Shown here one piece after another: positions 1 to 9,792 of a stretch of DNA of 64,000 nt (its first letter is position 1; each line of letters starts with the position of its first letter). Position numbers and translations under genes: made by a program. The notes beneath the pieces were generated by a model that saw only the letters and a list, made by a program, of their open reading frames with translations, searched no databases and was not told the DNA's origin. The stretch is from Macrostomum lignano. Taxonomy: Eukaryota. The stretch is taken from NCBI GenBank assembly GCA_002269645.1, contig NIVC01000274.1, positions 1 through 64,000 of the forward strand, in the 5' to 3' direction.

Positions 1-452
1 GGCCGGGCCAGCTTCGGCATCGGCGTTCTCTGCATGCTGGCCGAGGTGTCCGTATTTATTATAAAGCGCGGCCTCACCTGCCATGGGCATCGGTATCTGG
101 ACTGGGGCGCCGTTTGTTCTACTCGGCGCTGTAACCATGGCAGTACCCAAGACGCGCACCGTATGCTCCATTAATACCTGCCTAGTTTTTTGTGTCGCTT
201 CAATTGGCGATTGCATTTATTGGCGTGCTGCTCTGCATCGCGCACATACTGGAGTTGAGTCTCATTCTACAGCAGCAGTAACACGCCGAGTCCAAATTTT
301 GAGCTACACTGCCGAGGCTGTGGGCATTACATTGTGATAAAAGAGACTGGCCAGATTGGCCTGCTGCTGCTGCAATCGCTCGTGTCGGCCATACTACTCT
401 GCTTCGCGTACAAGGACTGCTGTGCTGGCATCCGACCGAAACACATCTGGTG
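1..452 (+). pseudogene. CD20/MS4A-like four-transmembrane protein fragment, 5'-incomplete, with about 3 frameshifts (pseudogene or assembly indels)
   Basis: Hydrophobic segments continue across frames 1->2->3->1: SFGIGVLCMLAEVSVFII / MGIGIWTGAPFVLLGAVTMA / AIAFIGVLLCIAHILELSLI / loop with CRGC / IGLLLLQSLVSAILLCFAYKDCC. GIWTG resembles the G-x-W-x-G motif of CD20-like TM2. Q/A-rich low-complexity sequence follows (450-710). Confidence 0.5.
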
Positions 453-2250
453 ACCGCCTCCACCCCTGTGCACGCGGGAGTCTCCCTAGTGACCGAGAAT
501 CAGAATGCCGCTTGTCCGCTCGCCCACCTGTTCAGTAAGACAGATTCGAGCCTACCAACAGCAGCTGCAGCAGCACCAGCAATACTCTCCGCATCAGCCG
601 CAGATGCGTCAGCAGCAACAGCTACATCATCCCCACCAGCAGCTGCAACAGTTACATCTGGTCCAACAACAGCAACCGCAGCAATATTGGATATGGCAAT
701 CACAGTAATATCGCAACGGATTCTGCCCAATCACCAATGCCTTGCTCGTCATCAGCGCCTACTATACACAAGAACTATGCAACAACGCACATGTATACTT
801 CGAGTTGTAACTGCTGTCCTCTCATTATTTGCTTCTATGCTGTGTCCCATTGGACCCATTTTTTACACTAAAAAACGCACTATACTACTGTCTATATCAA
901 AAGCATTGGATGGCCACAGACATCGAAATTTAGTAAGCAGAAAATCACTAAGCAAATTAAAGAATACCAAGGTCTATGATAAATCTATATAAACATGGGC
1001 AGTGAAAACATTTGTTCTTGTAACTGTCTATTGCCATCAAATGATTATTGAAATGCAAAATATTATCTTTGAAACATTTAAGTTATTACCATAAACTATG
1101 CTTGTATCTCATACCTTTTGCAAAAATGTATTTATTCAGTATCTTCAAAAAAAGAAGATAAAATAAATATAAAAATAAAAATGATATTATTATAAAGACT
1201 TGCTAACATCAAGTGAAAAAAGCATATAAAAAATTCAATTTTTAAAAATTGTATTACAATGCCTAAAACAGTAACCCTTTTGACAAAAGTAAATAAAAAG
1301 TATTATTATATATGGTTGCAAGAATGCATCAAGAAATTTTTCATTTAAACTGTGCTAAAATGCAAAATACTTGCAATATTAAAAAATGAAAATCTATAAA
1401 TGCAAGAACTTAATTACAACTTGATTACAACAGAATACAATTATAGATTGTTCTTTTTACAATTAAATAGTTTTTTAATTAATTGACCTTGACATTTATA
1501 TTTATTCAATTTGCTGTACTTTTTAAAAAGCATCCATTCATGCTATATAGCTGCTAACTACCCCCTAACTTAACTAAACAAAACCTTAAAATTAATAAAA
1601 TCTTACCTCAAATATGCAACTGAGTACCCTTTTTTAAAGTAAACAAATTACTATTACTCTCTCAGAATTACTATTGACTAGGTCTTCTAAAAATATAAAT
1701 AGAAACAAACTGGTTGATAATCCAACAAATTTTCAACTTTAAATTTTAATTAAAAAAACTTTTAGTTTGAGACTTAGAAACTGTTTTAAGAACTATGAAT
1801 TTTTCAGAGTGAAATAAAAGGAAATACCATATATACTACTAATATGTAGAATACTAAGAAAGAGACTAAAGTAAAACAAAATAGACCTTAGAAATAAGAG
1901 TACATATAAAGAATTAAAAACTCTGTGACCCACTAATCTTGGTAATGCTTAAGGACTGGATATGTTTCAATACCTAGAAACAAAGAAATATTTATACAAA
2001 TAATTCCAAGAAATATATTCTAGATCAGGGCAAAAATAAACTGCTTAATACATAATAAGTGAGAATGTTACTGATTTAGAAGTAAGAATGAAATTAGTAA
2101 GAATTAAACAAATATTCAGATTAAAATAAAATAAAAAATATAAAGAAACAATAAAATATTTTGCAAACACAAGAAACTAATAGTGAGCTCTGAATTGTAA
2201 TATGATATATAAACTAGCACAATTCAATGTGCCTTTTGACAAGCTAACAG

Positions 2251-2418
2251 CAGTGACATAGCCAGGATTTCTTTCTGGGGGAGGTCACAGTCAGTCACAG
2301 GCTCACAGCAACAACTGAGGGCAGGGGGTGCTAGGCCTCAGCAATGGGGGATGGGGCCTGAAAATTTGGCCTGGATCAGCTGGCTGGGGGGGAGGGGTCA
2401 TGGGGGTCTATGCCCCTG
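2251..2418. mobile_element. hAT-type MITE (168 bp)
   Basis: Imperfect TIRs CAGTGACATAGC / CTATGCCCCTG; 8-bp flanking direct repeats GCTAACAG (2243-2250) and GCTAGCAG (2419-2426), 7/8 identical. Confidence 0.65.
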
Positions 2419-2845
2419 GCTAGCAGCAGCTTATCAAAACTGATTGTGATATAACCTAGAGAATAATAGCCTACAGAACTATGGCTTGAGGTACTAATAT
2501 CAGGGTAAAAAGGGATTAGAATTTATCTTCTTTTATACTAAAAAATTGTTTTTGGGCAACTAACCAACTAACTAGCCTTTAGCCTTTGAATTTTAGATTT
2601 CATTATGATGCAATAGCAAAAAAAAATTAAAGTGCAAATAGTAATATTATAAAAGTTGTTTGTGTGGTATAGCATACATGCGCAACCCTCTGATTTACAT
2701 TGGCTTGTATTTACTTTTTGACAAAAAATGTGACTTACCTATGAAAGAAACCCTATATAGTAAAAAGTAATGCAATTTTGGGTAAATGGCAAGAGTAACA
2801 TGACTGTCTTATTAGGGCTAAATGCCTTGTTATCTAATTGAAGCA

Positions 2846-2958
2846 TATATGGCTGATTTTGTCATCCTCTAATCAATAGGCGGAGTAGCCACAATGTAGG
2901 CACTAGGACTAGGTTTAGGATAGGCGTAAGGTCAAAGGTTCAAATCTGCCTCCCTGGC
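2846..2958 (+). mobile_element. tRNA-derived SINE-like fragment, copy 1
   Basis: GGCGGAGTAGCC...GGTTCAAATCTGCC shows A/B-box-like motifs and an acceptor-stem-like pairing GGCGGA/TCTGCC; about 100 bp nearly repeated at 3451-3560. Confidence 0.5.
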
Positions 2959-3450
2959 AGATAATTAAAATTAAATTCATTCATTCATTTGTAGCTTGGG
3001 CCTTGACTGATTGGAACTTTTTTGATTAATTTCAATTGAAACATTTTTAATTAATTAGCAGTTCCACAATTTGATTTGTAAAAACTGCTTTGAGTATAAC
3101 TGATCTCATCAATGGCTATTGTCTAGCTCCATAAAAGTACAAAATTACTAAACTGCAGACAATGGTGCTAAATTTGTTAAAGGTAGTGCTAAATGCTGAG
3201 CTTTTTAAAACTGCCAATATGTGTCGAAAATTGATTAGTGAGCCATAAAATGCTGAGCAATTGAGCAAATTGCAGTTTTCTAAGGGGACTGAGGTGCTGG
3301 ACAAAGAAGAACTGCTGACTGTGAATTAGTTCCTCTAGACTTAAATCTAATTTATAGATTTCACTTAACTGAGCATTGGCTCTGCCTGTATGCAACCCGT
3401 GCACTGAGTAGCCTATCATTGCTATGTATTTGATTGCAGTGCCAAAGAAT

Positions 3451-3562
3451 ATATGGCTGATTTTGTCACCCTCCAATCAATAGGCGGAGTAGCCACACTG
3501 TAGGCACTAGGACCAGGTTTAGGATAGGCGAAAGGTCCCAGGTTTGAGTCTACCTTGCAGCG
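3451..3562 (+). mobile_element. tRNA-derived SINE-like fragment, copy 2
   Basis: Direct-repeat homologue of 2846-2958 (ATATGGCTGATTTTGTCA...GGCGGAGTAGCCACA...GGTCCCAGGTTTGAGTC). Confidence 0.5.
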
Positions 3563-4298
3563 GACTATTAAAATTGGGTGCCCCAAAGGGGGGCCACACT
3601 AGATTTGCTAGTACATAAGACTATAAATGCAGTTTCCCTTGTTAAATTATTTTTTGTTTAAATCCATGCTCGTTTTAGCTGCAAAGATATAGCTAGGCAT
3701 CCACCTACACTAACAACAATAATTCTAATAGGTGATCTTTGATAACTAGCCAAACTGTATGATCTGGATGTTTTGCACTAGTAGGAATTATATAAAACAT
3801 ATATTCTATGATACAGTGGCTAGGCCTAGCCAAGTATTAGGCCTGGCTGATATATAATTTGGTTAACTTAGTTAATTTTATCTCCAAAATATTAATATCA
3901 TGTAATTGTATGAAATATATGTATAATTTAATATGAGAAACTGCATTTATGCTTGCACAAATACTTACTAGGTTATACTGAATTCATTAACAAATTAATT
4001 TTATTATTATCGAAGGGAACCAAAAAGAATGCCAAATTCATTAATATATCATGAATTATATAATTAGCAAAATAGATAAATTCATAGTTTTTGACAATTA
4101 AAACTAATATTTCATTCTAATGTGCATATATTTTAATTGTACCAAAATATTTATATTACATGTTTATCTAGATTGGCTATTGCTAAATACTACCTTTAGC
4201 AATATAAAAATTATATAGTCTAACTCTACACTCTTACTATGCTTTGCTACTCCTTACCTTGACTATCTTTGACCCATATGCTTTGTGCAACTCATTAA

Positions 4299-4698
4299 TA
4301 GAGGTCTTATAGGATCCCAATCCCAGATCCTAAAATCCTGGGATCCCAAGAAAAATTATATTTCTGCGGGACCAGGATCTTGACCCTAAAAAACACAAGA
4401 ATTGGAACAGGTCTTTTGATCAAAAGTTTATAGAATTAGTAATTATTTAAATGTATTTTGTTTTAACTTGCATTCATTATATCATTACTTTGTTCATTAC
4501 AAAACTTTGCATCAATTTTGTTGTGTTTTACTTATGATCTTGACATTTTTTGCTCAATTTTGTTTAACTTTATATGGACTTACAAACTACAATACACTAA
4601 AAGACCTGATCTCAATTCCCAAATCCCAATCCCAATAAAAAACATTCCCAATCCCAATCCCAATCCCACCTGAAGATTTCAATCCCATCTGACCTCTA
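4299..4698. mobile_element. hAT-type MITE (400 bp)
   Basis: TIR TAGAGGTC / GACCTCTA; 8-bp TSD CTCATTAA (4291-4298) / CTCATTAG (4699-4706); subterminal ATCCC(A/G) repeats. Confidence 0.75.
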
Positions 4699-5215
4699 CT
4701 CATTAGTGCCAATGCATCTAAGGTAGCATGCATTAAAATGTAACTTACTAATATACAATAGATGGATATATTGGATAAGATGTTTAACAGGTTAGTGTTT
4801 TGCCTATTGTTACTATATCAAGCTATACATGCGCAACTGCTAGCCAACCTAGCTAATCTAGCTATTATAAATTACGATAGACCAAAGGTAAGTCACAAAA
4901 ATTCCTATCCCAAAGAATATACTAATTAGATAACAAGACATTTATCCTTAATAAGACAGTTATAGTTATTTATATTGGTTACCCAAAATTGCATTGACTT
5001 GGTTTAGGGTTTCTTTTGTAAGTCACATTTTTTGGTCAAAAAGTAAGTTGCATAGCCAGTACAAATCAGGGAAATAAGGCATATGTATATCAAACTATAT
5101 TATAGGGCATTTTGAACTTTTTCCATTAAATATATCCATTAAACTTTAACCAAAATTTCACCACTGCTTTATATTTATCATTGGAAAATATATTGGATAA
5201 TTGGATAATTGTAGA

Positions 5216-5798
5216 CCAGTGTGCGGATCATGTATCAGTGTATGCCGGACTAAATTTGGGCGTCAAGGACTTTGTATGCCAATGTATGCCAAAAACAAAA
5301 TGTTGCGCTAAAATGTCTGCCAAAAATACTTAAAAAAGGTAATACAGTTTTTACGAGTAGAGTTTTCTAAGAAAGGCTTTTGTGTAAAATGTGTTTTTAA
5401 AATATTATGAATATTTTCAATTTAAACTAACTTAAATTATACCTACAAAAAATTTGATGCAAAATTATTACTCTTAGCAAAAATTCACAATAATTTTATT
5501 CATTGTTAATTTCAAAGGTTCAAAAATTTTATCACTGACAATACAAATTTTCCGTTACTTTACATAAAAATGTTAATTTACATTACAATTTTCATGCATG
5601 GCATGAATTTATTCACCAAAATTTGTATGCCAAAAAAGTATGCCTGGCTGTGTTAGTGTTACTTATGTACACCAATAGTGTATGCCAACAAAGTTTTGCC
5701 AGGGGTTGTGTACGCCGATTGTGTATGCCAAGGACTTAGGGTGGCTGTTTTGTACATCGGAAAAGTTCCGGCGTAAATGCATACCATCCGCAACCTAG
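5216..5798. mobile_element. hAT-type MITE (about 583 bp)
   Basis: Imperfect TIR CCAGTGTGCGGAT / ATCCGCAACCTAG; exact flanking duplication ATTGTAGA(C) at 5208-5216 and 5799-5807; repeated TGTA(T/C)GCC subterminal motif. Confidence 0.75.
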
Positions 5799-6851
5799 AT
5801 TGTAGACAAATTACAAAAGTCTATAGGCTATGTTTTTAGGTAAAACTTTATAACTTTATAATTGTTTTATAGTTATCATCAACAATTATCATTGACCTTA
5901 CAATGCTAAAAGTTAATAATATTTTCATTTAAAAAAAATAATTTAACGTGTGAAACTACATGATATAATAGCCTAAATTGGTAACAGATAATTGACTAGA
6001 TATTATAATTTATAGTATCTGGCCTAGGCAAAGTTTTCATGTATTTTCATGTACAAAAGGCTCTAGTAGCCAAATTTTGACAGACAGTTCTTGCATTAAG
6101 AAATAGTGTAAACATTCTTTATAAATTGCCATAAAAATACCTCCTCTATGTATTGTGGCTAAAGCCTATGCCATGGTCCAACACATAACATAATGCAAGT
6201 AAAAACAGTGTTTGCATCCAAAAAATTATGTCTGACACCTATACCTACCATTTTCTAACATGTTCAATAGTCGAAACAATTTTTTTCAGGTCTTCTTTAG
6301 CTTTGCTTCTTGTCTCAGATCTAAGTCCGCGGCTAAACATAGTGAACGAAAAACTAAATGGGAAATTGCCTTGAATTTAAAGATTAATAAACAAATAAAA
6401 ATAATTTGCCAGTGAACAACGATTTGACGTTGTCGAAGAAAGTCACATGTTGAATTTTAGTTACAGAAAACTGTTTTAAACAAAAAATACTCTTATTTAT
6501 TTAAAGTAAACAACTTTTTTATTTCATTATTATTTAACTGAGTTTTTTAATTAAATTTATTTCACAATAATAAATATAACTTTACTTATCGTAAATACAT
6601 ATGGCGCGTGCGACCGCCGTGATAATAAAAAATGGTACGATCTACTTTTCGCATGACGTGAGCGTACGTGCTATTATTTACAGGTAATAGTAGAGTTCTT
6701 TATCATCCAATCGAGTATCTTTACCCTGGCCAATGTCGTGACTTTTGCTGCCATTCCATTCACGCCTGAAATTTTACTGAATTAAGAAATTGCAGCACTG
6801 CTTTGTGCTTTACTGTTTTTATCTTTTTTTGCTCACATTATAATTTATAAT

Positions 6852-7424
6852 TGTAGTAGGGCATTATTTTAGAAACGGAAATTTTACAGGTTTAGATATG
6901 CTTTTACCCTACTATCAGTAGTTTCAACCCGGGGAAATAATTAGAGCGGGGTTAAGTGGATAAAATTGGGGTTCCATTAGAAATACAGAGCAGTTGGGCT
7001 CTCGGGAAAGAAAACTCGGACCTTCGTTGGAGTGTCTTCTCCTGTTTAAACTTAGAGAGTTCACGAAGAAGTGGTAAGGAAAGGGAAATATAAGGGATAG
7101 GCTTGCACAGAGGAGTCTTGCCTCTAAAAACTGGGAGTCTTGCCCAAGCACTATAGCAGGAATAAGGAAATAGGGAATTAATGTAAAAGCAAAACTAACT
7201 TTTGTACCGTAATTCACTTTTCTATTATAAAATTTTTTTTGTGTTAACTAAATCCAAATTGGTGTCCTGACTTGGTTCTTTAAGCCTAAAAGCTAGAATT
7301 AAGGAACAGCAGGAACCTGGTGGCAGCGAACTACCAAACATTAAGCAGTACCACAGATAGCAATCCGCTCATAATCCTTAGCAATAAGAACCAGTAGCTT
7401 AGCCGCGGTTACACGCCCATTCCA
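6852..7424 (+). repeat. 5' LTR (573 bp)
   Basis: Starts TGTAGTAGGG, ends CCCATTCCA; no differences from 14726-15298 seen on manual alignment (offset 7874). Confidence 0.97.
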
Positions 7425-7426
7425 AT

Positions 7427-7436
7427 TGGTGGCAGC
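7427..7436 (+). promoter_or_regulatory. Primer-binding site, tRNA-Leu type
   Basis: TGGTGGCAGC 2 nt after the LTR; complementary to the ...GCTGCCACCA 3' end of eukaryotic tRNA-Leu(AAG/TAG). Confidence 0.75.
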
Positions 7437-7877
7437 TTAGAGGATTAGAATACCCGAGAAACGCATACATTAGACTGGAGCTCAGGATTAGAAAAGGGAT
7501 TAACGGATTAACTCCTATGTGCTGAAATTAGAACTAAAACTAACACAAAATTACTAATTAGGTTCTAAATTAGAGATTAATGTACATAGTCAGTGGTCTA
7601 AGATCGTCTAATCTCAGATTAACGGATTAACGGATTAGGAACGGATTAACGCTCCTGAAAGGAATTTTAACTTAGTTCTTCGCTAGAAGATTAGTAAAGT
7701 CTCAATTAAGACCAGAAGTAAGGCGGAAGTAATAAAACTAGAGTCACTGCTGTTTTATTAACTAAAGTCTTACCATTAGGCAATTAGCAGCTAAATTCGG
7801 AGTCTTGCCAATTTAACTGACCAAAATTATTAAACCAGAAGCGTTAATTCTAAAATCCGACCTAAAAATAAACTAAT

Positions 7878-8920
7878 ATGGAAGCGAATGACGTAGTAGA
7901 AGCACTGGCTGAAGGCATTAGAGACAGGCTAGACATTAGGAAACATATTAGGATCCAAAAGTACACGCCTAATCAGGATATAGACGTGTGGATTCAGGCT
8001 TTCGAGCAGAGGTGTATCGCAGATGAGATACCCCCAGCTGAATGGAAGAATGAGCTACTGTCTAACCTAGATGTTCAGTCAGCGTTCGCTATCGTGACAA
8101 GGCTAAACTTAGACCCTAATCTAGCATACGCAGACTTTAAGGATAGACTAATTGAGCGGTTCACGCATGTAGGTAGTGCTCAAGAAGCTAGGGAAGAGTT
8201 CCGTAGTAGGTTCCAGTGCAAAACTGAGAGCACTGATGACTACGCTGAAAAACTGACAGAGCTAGCATGCAGGGCGTTTCCCCATCTAACTAACGATCAG
8301 AGACAGGAAGAGGTGGTGGAACAATTTATCAGAGGTGTTAGGGTTGCCCCAGAGACTAGGAAAAGCTACTGCTAGCTCAGGTAAACTCGCTTCAAGAGAC
8401 ACGTCGAGTCTTGCGACGTATCGAAATGGCGTACGCTATGTCTCGCCGAGGTAGAGACCCGCAGCAGTGTAAGGCAACTGGAGGAGAAGAAGCTGAGAAT
8501 AGCTTGAAGGAATTAGTCCGCAAGCAGGGTGAGGCGCTAGAAAACCAGCAGAAGGTGCTTCAGGAGTTACTCCGACACCACCAGAACGTTGAGCAAAAGG
8601 TCAAGCAGCAGCAGCCGTCAGGTCAGCAGCAGCAAGGCCAGAATCAGCAAGGGCGTCCCCCAGTAAAGTGTAACAGGTGTGGCAAGCTAGGTCACTTAGC
8701 TAAGAATTGTAGACAGCCACATCCTCAGAACCAGCTTAGGTACCCGGCTCAGCAGCAGATGCAGTATCAGCAGCCGCAGTATCAGCAGCCGCAGTATCAG
8801 CAGCCGATGTACCCACAGCAGCAAATGCAGCCGCAGTACCCGCAGCCGCATTACCCTCAGCAGCAGAATTCGGGAAACGGAGTAGACGGAAGCGTCGGAG
8901 GCAACGCTTTCCAGCAGTAG
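7878..8920 (+). CDS. gag: Gag (capsid-like region plus CCHC zinc knuckle and Q/P/Y-rich tail); one frameshift near 8360
   Basis: ORFs 7878-8375 and 8411-8920 join through an A-run (AGGAAAAGCTACTGC); retrotransposon gag-like helices (DVWIQAFEQ...AREEFRSRFQ...DYAEKL); CNRCGKLGHLAKNC zinc knuckle. Confidence 0.9.
8872..8878 (+). promoter_or_regulatory. Putative -1 ribosomal frameshift heptamer G GGA AAC
   Basis: X XXY YYZ in the gag frame (TCG GGA AAC); the -1 frame is the frame carrying the protease LLDTGS and RT. Confidence 0.7.
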
Positions 8921-9792
8921 ATCCCTCACAGTCTGTAGCCTCACAACCTGTAAATAGCAGCGATAGTTTTTCTGTAAATAGTGAATTGAATCTTCAGTGT
9001 ATAACAGTACGTATGCGCAATCATTTAATCAATCATTTAATCAGCCAACATTTACTCTCAGCACTTTTCAAACGCACCACAACAGCAACCTTATTCTAGC
9101 AGCAGCAGCTAAAACAACCAAAATTAACTGAACAAACTAAAAAACAAAGTTACGATCCGTACATCACTGGCAGCATTTTAAATAAGGAAATAGTTTATCT
9201 ATTAGACACTGGCAGTAATAGAAATATCTTAGGACGCGAAACCTGGAAGCATCTTTTCACTGGCAAGAATAGGCATCTAATTAAGCATTGGGACAATAGA
9301 ATTGTTTCTTTTATGGAAGAGCCTATTCCAATTAAGGGTTTCGTAGTTATTAAGGCAACATTTGGCGATTTCGAAGAGAAGTTGAGTTTCTCTTATGTGA
9401 CGCAGATGTAGACAATGTAATAGGTGTGACGTTTGTCCAAAATTATTGTACTACTATTGACTTCGATGCAGGAATGCTGACCATGAAACAAGGAACTAGA
9501 ATTCCGCTTCGATCAACAGAGCTAAGCCTCAGGTTAGGAGAATTTATGTCGCAGAAAAGACGACAGTTCCAGCCAATAGTTCAGGATTAGTCAAGGTCAG
9601 ATTAGCAGCAGGTAGTGAAACTAATTTCGGAGTGCCATCAGTTGTTGAGCCACTCAGATCAGGATTAAAGACTAGAACAGAGAAGGTAACCGTAGTGCCA
9701 AGTTTAGTAACTCTAAGACAAGGGGAAGCTTATTTAGAAGTAATTAACACCAGTTCACAGGAAGCTAAGTACCAGCATCAGCATTAGTAGGG
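8872..9792 (+). CDS. pol: Pol N-terminal part with aspartic protease, disrupted by several frameshifts/stop
   Basis: VYLLDTGSNRNILG at 9193-9234; downstream protease-like text recoverable in other frames (DADVDNVIGVTFVQNYCTTIDFDAGML; RIYVAEKTTVPANSSGLVKV). Confidence 0.8.

Noticed and set aside
6924-7217. 97-aa antisense ORF in each LTR (also 14798-15091)
   Set aside because: Starts at GTG, no recognisable domain, and is duplicated only because the LTR is.
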